A stretch of DNA of 60,875 nt from Sandaracinaceae bacterium (GTDB lineage Bacteria > Myxococcota_A > Polyangia > Polyangiales > Sandaracinaceae), in contig JBGAQA010000038.1 of the NCBI GenBank assembly GCA_044220955.1, positions 1 to 60,875 on the forward strand, read 5' to 3'. The notes below the pieces were generated by a model. It ran no database searches. It saw only the letters and a program-made list of their open reading frames with translations, and was not told the origin of the DNA. The translations under genes were made by a program, and so were the position numbers. Positions 41,916 to 52,397 of the stretch are shown here, piece by piece (position 1 is the stretch's first letter; the number at the start of each line of letters is the position of its first letter).

Positions 41916-42689
41916 TCAGCTCGCCTCGCTCTCGCCGTCGTCCTCGTCGTCCGAGGATGAGGCCTTCGAGGCGGCCTTCGCCTTGGATCCCTCGGGCTTC
42001 TTCTCCGCCCTCTTCTCGGCCCTGGGCGCGGCGGCGGCCGCGTCCGCTGCGCGATCGGCGGGCGAGCGCGTGGACTTGAGGTACGCCAGGACGTCCTTGC
42101 CCATGGCCTCGCCGCGCACGACGCGGCCCTTGATGAGGCGCTGGAAGAGGTTGAAGAACGCGACCGCCGGCAGGGCGACGAGCAGGCCGATGAGGGTCGC
42201 GACGAGCGCCTCGCCGATCTGCGCCATCAGGCCCGCCGAGACCTGGCCGCCGCTCGACTCGAGCTCGTGGAACGAGCGGACGATGCCGATGACGGTGCCG
42301 GCCAGGCCGACGAAGGGGGCGTTGTTGCCGACGGTGCCGAGGAACGCGAGGTTGCGCTCCATGTCGAGCTTCTTCAGCGTCGCCTCGCCGCTCATGCGCT
42401 CCTCGGCCGAGGCCGCGCCGTCGGAGACCGCGTCGAGCCCGGCGAGCACGATGGCCGCCTCGGCCGAGCGCGACGCGCGCATCGCCGAGCGGGCGCCCTC
42501 GACGTCGCCGACCCGGAGGCTCGCGAGGAGCTTCTGCTTCAGCGCCGCGATGTCCTCGCGGGTGACGATGAAGTAGTAGGTGCGGTCGAGGATGATCGTC
42601 AGCCCGAGGATCGAGAGCGCGACGAGCAGGTACATGACCCACCCGGCTCCGAGCATCGCGAACGCGGTGAGCCTTTCCTGGATGTCCAT
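41916..42689 (-). CDS. exbB: ExbB/TolQ/MotA proton-channel protein
   Basis: LGTVGNNAPFVGLAGTVIGI, IGEALVAT.IGL.VALPA; charged C-terminal tail. Confidence 0.93.
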   Translation of the reverse strand: MDIQERLTAFAMLGAGWVMYLLVALSILGLTIILDRTYYFIVTREDIAALKQKLLASLRVGDVEGARSAMRASRSAEAAIVLAGLDAVSDGAASAEERMSGEATLKKLDMERNLAFLGTVGNNAPFVGLAGTVIGIVRSFHELESSGGQVSAGLMAQIGEALVATLIGLLVALPAVAFFNLFQRLIKGRVVRGEAMGKDVLAYLKSTRSPADRAADAAAAAPRAEKRAEKKPEGSKAKAASKASSSDDEDDGESEAS

Positions 42690-42791
42690 CGACGGGCGCA
42701 CTCCTCTGGAGAAAGAGGCGCGGAACCTACGAGGAGACCCTTGTCACCGCAAGTGCGCGAAACGCGCTACCCTTTCCGAGGGGGGTGCCGC

Positions 42792-43286
42792 TTGCCGAAC
42801 GACTCACGAAAGAGCGGTCCGCCGCAACCAGGGGCCCCGGCGGACCCGGCCGCGGCCGCGCAACTCGGTCAGGAGCTGATCGCGAAGCTGCAGACCGACT
42901 TCGCGGTCCACAAGCCCACGCAGCTCGCGAACGACCTGCTCGCGCAGCTCGAGCACGACTTCGGCTCGAAGCGGAAGGCCGACGACGCGCAGAAGGCCAA
43001 CGACTTCGCCCAGGCGCTCCTCGGCAAGGTCGCGCGCGACTTCGGCTCGGTGCGTCCGGGCGCGAGCCCCGGGGCGCCGCCTGTGGTGATCCCGCCCGTC
43101 GCGGCCGCCCCTGCCACGCCCGGGGTCCTCCAGCTCGCGCCGCCGCCGACCGAAGAAGACGTGAAGGCCGAGCAGCAGCTCGCCGCGGCCGCGGCCGCGC
43201 CGCTCGCGAAGGAGGACGAAGAAGAGGTCGCCGCCATGTCGGGCGGCGGGGCATTCGGGTTCTTCAAGAAGCTGCTGGGCGGCTGA
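42792..43286 (+). CDS. Hypothetical protein with three helical 'DF(G)' repeats and a C-terminal amphipathic helix
   Basis: TTG start after GAGGGGG; C-terminal part of track ORF 42267..43286; ends GAFGFFKKLLGG. Confidence 0.7.
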   Translation: MPNDSRKSGPPQPGAPADPAAAAQLGQELIAKLQTDFAVHKPTQLANDLLAQLEHDFGSKRKADDAQKANDFAQALLGKVARDFGSVRPGASPGAPPVVIPPVAAAPATPGVLQLAPPPTEEDVKAEQQLAAAAAAPLAKEDEEEVAAMSGGGAFGFFKKLLGG

Positions 43287-44152
43287 TGCGAGCGCCGGGG
43301 GGCGTGCTCGCGCTGGCGCTGCTCGGCGCGTGCGGCGGGGGCGGCGGAATCGGCCGCGACGCGTTCGTCCTGGCCGATGCGGGCGCCGACGCGTCCGTCC
43401 CCCGAGACGCGTCGCGCGCGCTCGACGCATCGACCCGTGACGCGGACACGGGCCCGGCGGGCGGCGACGCCGGTCTCGACGGGTTCGTGACGCCCGCGGA
43501 TCCCAGGCTCGCGCCGGCGATGCGCGACTTCGGCTCCGTCGTGAGCGGCTTCACCACGGCGCCGGTCACGTTCACCCTCTCCAACCGAGGCGGCGCTCCG
43601 CTCGTCGTGGACACGGTCGCGATCACGGGCCCGAACGCCGGCGACTTCGTCATCGCTGCCGACCCGTGCACCGGCGCGACGCTGCCCGGCGCGGGCTCGT
43701 GCACGATCGACGTCGTGTTCGCGCCCATCGGGCCCAGGGGCGCGTGCGCCGCGAGCCTCGACGTCACGGCGGGCGCGTCCGTGGTGTCCGCGGCGCTCAT
43801 GGGGACGACGTTCCCGGACGAGACGCGGGTCCTGCTGAGCCCCGTCAGCCACGACTTCGGAGGCGTGACGGTCGCCACGACGAGCGCGGCCGTCCGGTTC
43901 CAGGGGCAGAACCCCGGCGGAAGCTCGCTGCGCGTGGACGCGATCTCGATCGTGGGCACCGACCCGGGCGACTTCGTGATCGTGCCGGGCGCCGACACGT
44001 GCACCGGGGCGACGCTCACAGCGGGTGGCACGTGCACCTTGGACGTCGCGTTCGCGCCCACGGCGACGGGCGCGCGAGACGCGACCCTCGTGGCGACGTC
44101 GACCCCGGGCGTCGGCGGGGGCTCGGCGTCGCTCGCGGGGATCGGCCTCTGA
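43286..44152 (+). CDS. Lipoprotein with two Ig-like (choice-of-anchor D / ASH-like) domains
   Basis: Lipobox LLGAC; two repeats DFG.V....TS...F...N.GG..L.VD...I.G...GDF.I....C.GATL...G.CT.DV.FAP; TGATG coupling with the upstream gene. Confidence 0.82.
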   Translation: MRAPGGVLALALLGACGGGGGIGRDAFVLADAGADASVPRDASRALDASTRDADTGPAGGDAGLDGFVTPADPRLAPAMRDFGSVVSGFTTAPVTFTLSNRGGAPLVVDTVAITGPNAGDFVIAADPCTGATLPGAGSCTIDVVFAPIGPRGACAASLDVTAGASVVSAALMGTTFPDETRVLLSPVSHDFGGVTVATTSAAVRFQGQNPGGSSLRVDAISIVGTDPGDFVIVPGADTCTGATLTAGGTCTLDVAFAPTATGARDATLVATSTPGVGGGSASLAGIGL

Positions 44153-44199
44153 CGCGCTGACCGTTGCAGCCCGAGCGGACGCGGCAGTACCGTCCCCCC

Positions 44200-45342
44200 A
44201 TGCGCAACGGAACTTGGGTGGGCGTGACGGCGGCGGTGCTACTCGCGATCGCGGGCTGCGGCGGAGGCTCGACGACGGGAAACGACGCAGGGAGCACGAC
44301 GGGGATGGACACCGGCCCGCGCGCCGACACCGGTCCGCTGCCGGATACCGGCCCGCTGCCGGACACGGGGCCGCGCCCCGACACGGGCCCGAGCGTCTCG
44401 AGCTGCCAGCGCCCGCTCTTTCCGCCGGGTGCGGCGTGGAACCAGCGCGCCGACGCGATGGGTGTCGATGCGCAGTCCGACGCGATCATCGCCGCGCTGC
44501 AGGCGCACGGATGGGGCGCCGGCCGCATGCAGATCGACTACTCGATCCACGTGATGTGCGACGCGGACGGCAGCGCGCCGCGCATGCCCTTCACGCAGAC
44601 CGGCGACTTCTACGATCCCGACTGCGACAGCGCGCCCGTGCCGATCCCGGCGGGCGGCCACATCGAGGGCGAGACGGGCTACTCGTGCGACGGCGACGGC
44701 GACTGCCACCTGATCGTGATCGCGCCGACGGAGAACCGGCTCTACGAGCAGTGGCGCGCGAACATCGTGGGCGGCGTCTACGAGGGGGGCTGCCTCGCGG
44801 TGTGGGACACCTCCGTCGTGCCGCCGGCCGACGGACGCGGCGACGGCTGCACGAGCGCCGACGCGGGCGGCTTCCCCATCGCGGCGATGCTCTTCGACGC
44901 GGACGAGGTCGCGGCGGGCCACATCGACCACGCGATCCGCTTCATCCTTCCCAACGACGCGATCGAGGACAACACGTTCGTGCATCCGGCGACGCACGCG
45001 ACGGGCCACACGTCGATCCCGGACGCGGTGCCCTACGGCGCGCGCCTGCGCATCCGGGACGACCGCATCGCCGCCGTGCTCGCCGGCCTGCCGAACGACG
45101 CCGCGCGCGTGGTCGCGCAGGCGATGCACGACTACGGGATGATCCTCTCGGACGGCGGCAACATTGCCCTCACGGCCGAGGACGACGAGCGCACGACGGC
45201 CAAGTGGGACACCGTCCTCGGCACGGGCCTCGCGCCGCGCGACCTGCAGACGATCCAGCCGAGCGACTTCGAGATGGTGGACGGCGGCACGCGCTACGAC
45301 ACCAGCGCGCTCGACTGCCCGCACGTGCCCATCACGCTCTGA
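44200..45342 (+). CDS. Conserved-type hypothetical lipoprotein with (DTGPxP) linker repeats
   Basis: Lipobox IAGC; DTGP x5; DCHL, TSADAGGFP, IDHAIRF, PYGARLR, YGMILSDGG. Confidence 0.82.
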   Translation: MRNGTWVGVTAAVLLAIAGCGGGSTTGNDAGSTTGMDTGPRADTGPLPDTGPLPDTGPRPDTGPSVSSCQRPLFPPGAAWNQRADAMGVDAQSDAIIAALQAHGWGAGRMQIDYSIHVMCDADGSAPRMPFTQTGDFYDPDCDSAPVPIPAGGHIEGETGYSCDGDGDCHLIVIAPTENRLYEQWRANIVGGVYEGGCLAVWDTSVVPPADGRGDGCTSADAGGFPIAAMLFDADEVAAGHIDHAIRFILPNDAIEDNTFVHPATHATGHTSIPDAVPYGARLRIRDDRIAAVLAGLPNDAARVVAQAMHDYGMILSDGGNIALTAEDDERTTAKWDTVLGTGLAPRDLQTIQPSDFEMVDGGTRYDTSALDCPHVPITL

Positions 45343-45360
45343 GACTGACTCCCCGAGGCG

Positions 45361-45398
45361 CCCCTCACCCAACCCTCTCCCGGCCAGCGGGGACAGGG
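45361..45398. repeat. BoxC-like CCCCTCACCC-AACCCTCTCCC..GGGACAGGG element
   Basis: Between convergent stops; stem 45373-45381/45390-45398 with one mismatch; resembles the widespread CCCTCACCC..CCCTCTCCC..GGGAGAGGG repeat. Confidence 0.65.
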
Positions 45399-45406
45399 CT
45401 CTCGGC

Positions 45407-47668
45407 TCAGATGCCCCACGCAGAGCGGAGGTACGCGACCACCGTGTCCCGCTCGGGGTCCGTCAGCGATCGCGCGTAGTAGACGACCTCCCCGATGTAC
45501 GCGTTGGAGTGCTCGTGCGCGTCCGACGCGCCGACGTAGAGCAGGTCCAGGGCGCCCGAGATCGTGCTCGACACCACGAAGCTGGTCAGCGGGGCGCCGC
45601 CTCCGGCCGGGTACGCGGAGACGTCGAGCTGGGCCCCGGTGACGCGGCCCACGAGGATGTACGTGCCGTTCGTCGTGAGCACGAGCTCGTCGAACATGTT
45701 GTCGTTGCCCGACTGGAAGTGGATCACGTTCGAGGGGTCGAAGCCGCTCTGTTCCATCGACCAGTCGATGTCGCGGCTGCCGTGGTGTCCGTAGGCGCCC
45801 CACATCTCGGGCGTCCTGTGCTGGACGACGAAGAACACGGTGAGCTCGGTCGGGATCGGGAACGCCGACGAGCTCACGAGGCCCGCGCCCGTGAAGTCGA
45901 TCGCGGGCCGTCCGCCGATCAGGCCCGGGCGCAGCACGGCGGTGCCGTCCCAGGGCACGAGGTCACGTGACGCCCCGCCGAGATCGCGCCAGCGCGACAC
46001 GTTGCCGCTCGCGTCGGTCACGACGGAGCTCGCGTCCCGAGCGTCGTAGAGCGCCAGCACGCCAGGGGGGACGAACGCGCACGCGCCCGCCGAGCAGTAG
46101 CCGCCGACGCCGCACGCGTTCCCGCAGCGTCCGCAGTTCGCGGGGTCGCCCGCGAGGTCCGTCTCGCAGCCCGCCACGAGGAAGGTGCAGTCGGCGTAGC
46201 TCGCCTGGCACGCGACGGCGCTGCAGACGCCGGCGATGCAGGCCTCTTGCGTGTGCGGCAGCGCGCACATCGCGGACGCGCTGCCCTCGTCCACCGCGCC
46301 GTCGCAGTCGTCGTCCGTGGCGTTGCACCCCTCGACGCCGCCGGGGTGTCGGATCGCGTTCGCGTCGTCGCAGTCGCCGCCGAGGCGCACGTAGCCGGCG
46401 CTCGGGACGCACGCGACGATGGTGCCGCTCGCCTCCGTGCCGTACCCGTCCCCGTCCTCGTCGCCGAAGAACGCGAGCGCGGTCGCGTCCTCGTCGACGC
46501 GCATGTCGCAGTCGTTGTCGCGTCCGTCGCAGGCCTCCGGCGTGCCTGGCGCGCTGGTCGGGTCGTGATCGTCGCAGTCGTGGCCGTGGGGTGCGCCGCA
46601 GGCGGTGTCCGCGATCGCGTCGCCGTCGTCGTCCTCGGTGTCGCCGGCGCCGAGCGCGTAGTCGGCCGAGCCGTTGCAGTCGTCGTCGATCCCGTCGCAG
46701 ATCTCGGCTCGCGCGGGGCTGCGGGTGTTCGTCGTGTCGTCGCAGTCGGAGTCGAAGACCGAGTAGCCGGCGGGTGGAATGCACGACACGAGCGCGCCGC
46801 TCGCCGCGCTGCCGAAGCCGTCCATGTCCTCGTCGCGGTACCAGGTGACGGCGCTCGTGCGGTCGTCCGCCGTGCCGTCGCAGTCGTTGTCGATGCTGTC
46901 GCAGACCTCGACGAGGCGGCCGCTGCGCGTGCGATCCGTGTCGTCGCAGTCGGTGTGATAGACGGAGACGCCCGCGGTGCTCGCGCAAGCGTGCATCACG
47001 GCGCCTGCGAGCGCGCCGTCCCCGTCGTGGTCGGCGTCGACGTACACGTCGATCGTCACGCCCTCGTCCGCGCTCCCGTTGCAGTCGTCGTCGTACCCGT
47101 TGCAGACCTCGACGGCGCCCGGGTGCGTCTCGCGCCGGCCGTCCGCGCAGTCCGTGCCGCACGCCGTCCCGTTGCAGCACGCGGACGACTCCACGCCGTC
47201 GCCATCGGCGTCGAGGCCGCCGTGCGTCCTGGGGTCGCAGTCCTCGTCGTGCATCGCGGCGTCGCACACCTCGCGGTTGCCCGGAAAGCGGGCGGGGTCG
47301 TCGTCGGCGCAGTCGTCCCCGAGAGGGGCGCCCGTACCGTCGAGGCAGCGCGCGTCGCCCGCCCCGTCGCCGTCCACGTCGGGTACCTCGAAGGTGCAGC
47401 GCCGCAGCGCCTCCGAGCACACGTCGGTCGTACACGTGACGCCGTCTTCGCAGCGCATGGGCGTGCCCAGCACGCAGCGCCCCGCGACCGAGCAGCCCTC
47501 GGTGCCGTTGCAGAAGAGGCCGTCGTCGCAGTCGGAGGCGCTCGTGCACTCGGGGCCGGTGTCGGGGACGGGGGCGGCGCCGGCGTCGGCGCCGGTGGCG
47601 GGGCCGCCGCAGCCGGCGATCGAAGCGAGCGCTGCGGAGCAGGCGAGCACCCAGGAGCGACGGCGCAT
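45407..47668 (-). CDS. Cys/Asp-rich lipoprotein with MopE-related putative metal-binding repeats and a C-terminal LamG-like domain
   Basis: Lipobox IAGC; repeated DCDD....P...[24 protein letters not shown]....V..W.D..G; IGEVVYY.R.L...E...V..YL...W. Confidence 0.87.
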   Translation of the reverse strand: MRRRSWVLACSAALASIAGCGGPATGADAGAAPVPDTGPECTSASDCDDGLFCNGTEGCSVAGRCVLGTPMRCEDGVTCTTDVCSEALRRCTFEVPDVDGDGAGDARCLDGTGAPLGDDCADDDPARFPGNREVCDAAMHDEDCDPRTHGGLDADGDGVESSACCNGTACGTDCADGRRETHPGAVEVCNGYDDDCNGSADEGVTIDVYVDADHDGDGALAGAVMHACASTAGVSVYHTDCDDTDRTRSGRLVEVCDSIDNDCDGTADDRTSAVTWYRDEDMDGFGSAASGALVSCIPPAGYSVFDSDCDDTTNTRSPARAEICDGIDDDCNGSADYALGAGDTEDDDGDAIADTACGAPHGHDCDDHDPTSAPGTPEACDGRDNDCDMRVDEDATALAFFGDEDGDGYGTEASGTIVACVPSAGYVRLGGDCDDANAIRHPGGVEGCNATDDDCDGAVDEGSASAMCALPHTQEACIAGVCSAVACQASYADCTFLVAGCETDLAGDPANCGRCGNACGVGGYCSAGACAFVPPGVLALYDARDASSVVTDASGNVSRWRDLGGASRDLVPWDGTAVLRPGLIGGRPAIDFTGAGLVSSSAFPIPTELTVFFVVQHRTPEMWGAYGHHGSRDIDWSMEQSGFDPSNVIHFQSGNDNMFDELVLTTNGTYILVGRVTGAQLDVSAYPAGGGAPLTSFVVSSTISGALDLLYVGASDAHEHSNAYIGEVVYYARSLTDPERDTVVAYLRSAWGI

Positions 47669-47677
47669 GCGGCGAGC

Positions 47678-49039
<1,362 letters not shown>

Positions 49040-49164
49040 CGCGGCGGAGCATGCACCCGGGGGCCCCGCCGTGGGAAGGCGCACGCTCGAACGACCGGTT
49101 GATCGTGCGCAACCGGTGTAGGCTACGTGGATCATCGATCCGCTTCGCGCGCCCCGGAGGTTCC

Positions 49165-50313
49165 ATGCTGTCCACGACTTCTTCTCGCGCTCTCGGCTTC
49201 GCCTGCGTCCTCGCGCTCGCCTCGGCGTGCAGCACGAACCCGAGCACGACCCCTGGCCGTGACACCGGCACGGTGACGCCCGGCGACGACATGGGCGTGG
49301 CGCCCGGAGACGACACGGGCACGCCCGGAGACGACACGGGCACGGTGACCATGCGCGACGCGGCCATGTTCGACAGCGGGCCGTTCTCGGCCGAGTGCCG
49401 GACGCTGACGTTCCCGACGGTCACCATCCCGGCGTCGGGCGCAGGGGTCGAGAACACGCAGTGCGTGATCATGGATCTCGGCAACGATCTGCCCATGCAC
49501 GTCGGTTCGCTCCACAACGTGCTCGGCACGGGCTCGCACCACTTCATCGTGTACCGGGCGAGCACCTCCGCGGTCGAGACGACGACGCCCTTCGACTGCA
49601 CGCCGTTCGTCGACACGCTCTCGGCCGACAGCGGATCGCCGCTCATGATCACGCAGCGCAGCGACGAGACGCTGACCCTACCGACGGGCGTCGCCTACAC
49701 GCTGCCCGCGCACCAGCTCATCCGCCTGGAGCTGCACTACATCAACCTCACCGGCGCGCCGCTGGACGTGGCGCCGACGACGACCCTCTGCCCGATCTCG
49801 GACGCCGAGTACACGGACGACGCGGACTTCCTCTTCATCGGCAACCCTGACGTCAGCATCCCGGCCCGCTCGACCGCGACGCTCGGGCCCACGTTCTACA
49901 GGCTCGACTCGCGCTTCTCGAGCGCGCACTTCTTCGGGATCACCGGCCACACCCATCAGTACGGGACGAACGTCGTCGTCCAGACGGGCGCGAGCGGGAG
50001 CGGTCCGTTCGCGGACGTCTACAACGTGTCGGGCTGGAGCTGGCACGAGCCCGAGACGGTGATCGCGGATCCCCCGTTCTCGATTCCCTCGGGCGGCGGG
50101 TTCAATTTCACGTGCGACTGGAACAACACCAGCGACGCGACCGTCGGCTTCGGCGAGTCCGCCAACGACGAGATGTGCTTCTTCTGGGCGTACTACTACC
50201 CGGCGCATGCGGGGGCTCCGCACGTCTGCATTCACACCGATCAGGTCGGTGCGGGCCTCGACCTGTGCTGCCCGGGCAGCCCGATCTGCAGTGCCATCTC
50301 CAGCCGCTTCTGA
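49165..50313 (+). CDS. PHM/dopamine-beta-monooxygenase-like copper monooxygenase lipoprotein
   Basis: Lipobox LASAC; GSHHF, ELHYIN, GHTHQYG, DEMC match the CuH (HH..H) and CuM (H.H..M) ligands; GGAGG RBS. Confidence 0.8.
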   Translation: MLSTTSSRALGFACVLALASACSTNPSTTPGRDTGTVTPGDDMGVAPGDDTGTPGDDTGTVTMRDAAMFDSGPFSAECRTLTFPTVTIPASGAGVENTQCVIMDLGNDLPMHVGSLHNVLGTGSHHFIVYRASTSAVETTTPFDCTPFVDTLSADSGSPLMITQRSDETLTLPTGVAYTLPAHQLIRLELHYINLTGAPLDVAPTTTLCPISDAEYTDDADFLFIGNPDVSIPARSTATLGPTFYRLDSRFSSAHFFGITGHTHQYGTNVVVQTGASGSGPFADVYNVSGWSWHEPETVIADPPFSIPSGGGFNFTCDWNNTSDATVGFGESANDEMCFFWAYYYPAHAGAPHVCIHTDQVGAGLDLCCPGSPICSAISSRF

Positions 50314-50316
50314 GCG

Positions 50317-50477
50317 GGGTCACTCCAACGGGTCCCAAGTCGCTGAATTCACAGCGAACCGGCGGCTAGGTGCGCGTTTCGTCGGAGCGCTCGTGATTCC
50401 AGGGCGCGCCGACGAATCGCGCACCTACCCGCCAGTCCCAAACGAATTCAGGCGCTTGGGTGGGTGTGGAGTGACCC
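50317..50477. mobile_element. 161-bp foldback (MITE/REPIN-like) element
   Basis: Gapless imperfect palindrome centred on 50397, 58 of 80 arm positions complementary by manual count; termini GGGTCACTCCA/TGGAGTGACCC. Mobility is inferred, not shown. Confidence 0.6.
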
Positions 50478-50487
50478 TGGTCACTGG

Positions 50488-51159
50488 TCAGGGGCTCGGG
50501 ACGGCGGTGATGCGGCCGTGGGCGGTGGTGCCCTCGACGCCGGTGATCGCGAGCGCGGTGCCGCGGAGGTGGCGGTCGGCGATGGGGTTGTCGTCGATGG
50601 TGCGCTCGCCGAGCTGCTGGCCGTTCAGCGGGACGGCCTGCTCGCCCAGGGCCGAGAGGCCGGTGAGCTGCGGGGAGACGGTGATGCTGTCGCCGAGCAC
50701 GGCGACGTGGACGCCGCCGCCCTCCGTGAACGTGGGGAGCGCGCGCGCCTCGAGCGTGACGCTCGCGAGCGAGACGACACCGTCGCGCATCCACGCGAGC
50801 GAGAGCGAGCGGTGCTCCTGCGTCGCCCGCACGTGCGCGCGGACCGTGACGCCGAGCTCCGTGTCGGACACGCGGCGCCAGGTGATCGAGTCGACGACCG
50901 TGCTCGTCTCCGAATAGCGCACGACGCCGAGGTCGATGGGCGCGTAGATCTGCGGCGCGGCCTGGCGTAGCTGCGCGTCGGCGTTCGCGCTGAGCAACGC
51001 GGTGGCGACGCCGAGGTCCCCGTCGACCGTGAGCACCGTCGTCGCGGGCTGGTCGGCGGTCGCGGGGTGTGCCTCCGTCGAGAGCACGGTGAGCTGGGCG
51101 CTCGCACCGGCGGGAGCGGCGAGGGCGAGCAGGAGGGCGAGGGCGGTCGTGGCGCGCAT
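50488..51159 (-). CDS. Hypothetical secreted protein
   Basis: MRATTALALLLALAAPAGASA/Q signal peptide; GAGGG RBS. Confidence 0.72.
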   Translation of the reverse strand: MRATTALALLLALAAPAGASAQLTVLSTEAHPATADQPATTVLTVDGDLGVATALLSANADAQLRQAAPQIYAPIDLGVVRYSETSTVVDSITWRRVSDTELGVTVRAHVRATQEHRSLSLAWMRDGVVSLASVTLEARALPTFTEGGGVHVAVLGDSITVSPQLTGLSALGEQAVPLNGQQLGERTIDDNPIADRHLRGTALAITGVEGTTAHGRITAVPSP

Positions 51160-51176
51160 GGTCCCTCGATTGTCGA

Positions 51177-51698
51177 TCACAACTGCCAGCCGAGGCCACC
51201 CACGATGCCCGTGGAGACGTCGCCGTCGATGAACGTCGGGTGCGCGTCGACCGACACGACGAAGTGATCGAACTGCAGCGCGACGCGCCCGTCGAGACCG
51301 AAGAGCGGCGCGCCGTGGATGCAGCCCTCCGAGAGGCCCCCCTGGGTGCAGCCCCACGCGAAGTCGAGCGAGGGGCCGACGCCGACGTGGAAGGGGCCGA
51401 AGTGGAGATCGGCCATCAGCGAGTTCCACATCAGGCCCTCGGCCGTGCCGCCCTGCGGGCCGGAGGTGAGCCGCCCGACGAAGCCCTGGCTCTCTAGGAA
51501 GATCGCGAGCGGGCCGGCGACGTCGAAGCCGAGCCGGAGGCCGACGCCGCCCATCGCCGCCTGCTGCGGACCGACCAGCCCGCCGCCCTCGACCGAGACG
51601 CCGAAGACGAAGTCGGCGCGCGCGGGCGCGGGCGCCGCGAGCGAGCCCGCGAGCGCGAGCGGGAGGGTGAGAACCAGGATGGACAGGAGGCGACGCAT
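51177..51698 (-). CDS. Small outer-membrane beta-barrel-like protein
   Basis: Signal peptide (ARA/D), alternating Gly/aromatic strands, C-terminal GLGWQL. Confidence 0.75.
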   Translation of the reverse strand: MRRLLSILVLTLPLALAGSLAAPAPARADFVFGVSVEGGGLVGPQQAAMGGVGLRLGFDVAGPLAIFLESQGFVGRLTSGPQGGTAEGLMWNSLMADLHFGPFHVGVGPSLDFAWGCTQGGLSEGCIHGAPLFGLDGRVALQFDHFVVSVDAHPTFIDGDVSTGIVGGLGWQL

Positions 51699-51710
51699 GC
51701 GGGTGTGCAG

Positions 51711-51726
51711 AGCAGGGCGCGTGCCA
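51711..51726 (-). promoter_or_regulatory. Sigma54 -24/-12 promoter
   Basis: TGGCACG-CGCC-CTGCT, 12 nt upstream of ATG 51698. Confidence 0.65.
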
Positions 51727-51833
51727 CGCGCGAAAACCGCCGCGGGCGCTGGGTCGAGGAACGACTCGTCCCGTGAACGGTGGTGTGCGGTGTCAACTGG
51801 CGGGCGCAGCGACGAGACCGAGCGCGAGAGAAC

Positions 51834-52397
51834 CTAGCGGCGGCTCGGAGGCACCGGCACCGGCGCCAGCGCCGCGCACGCGGCGTGCAGCAGCGACGCG
51901 CGGAGCGCCGGATCGGCGACGTCGGCGAGCGCCGCGTGGATCTCCGCCGGGAGCTCTGCCGGATCGAGCGGCACGATCGCGATGGGCGCCGGCTCGGGCG
52001 CCACCGGCGTTCGCTCGGGCATCGGCCCGACGCGCGGCGCGAGGCGCTGCACGGGCATGCGGGGATCGCGCGCGCGCATGTGCTCGACCAGGCGCGGCCC
52101 CATGAGGCTGACCTCCTGTGCCCACACGCTCGAGCGCGCGTGCAGGTGCAGCGTGCCGTCACGGAAGCGCACCGGCGTCACCTCGCGCGCGACGCGCGGC
52201 GGCACGCTGCGCTCCCAGAGCGCGACCAGGCGCGCGAGCTTGGCGTGCGCGGGCTGCGTCTTCGGCAGCGCGCTCGGCACCAGCTCGGCGAGCACGGCCA
52301 TGCCCTGGCTCTTGTGCCGCCGCCTCTTCTTGCGCGGACGCTCCGGCGGCAGGTTCGAGGACCAGTCCGGCGCCGACTTTCGTGGCGGCGGGATCAT
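51834..52397 (-). CDS. dciA: DciA (DUF721) family protein
   Basis: LW...V...VA....P..FRDGTL.L...SSVWAQE; ATGA overlap with the upstream gene. Confidence 0.78.
   Translation of the reverse strand: MIPPPRKSAPDWSSNLPPERPRKKRRRHKSQGMAVLAELVPSALPKTQPAHAKLARLVALWERSVPPRVAREVTPVRFRDGTLHLHARSSVWAQEVSLMGPRLVEHMRARDPRMPVQRLAPRVGPMPERTPVAPEPAPIAIVPLDPAELPAEIHAALADVADPALRASLLHAACAALAPVPVPPSRR

Noticed and set aside
42690..42791. Cobalamin riboswitch or Fur box upstream of exbB
   Set aside because: No B12-box or GATAATGAT-like palindrome is recognisable, and the gap is short and shared with a divergent gene.
46280..47330. Recurrent gtcgcagtcg motifs
   Set aside because: They encode the DCD units of MopE-related protein repeats, not a DNA-level array.
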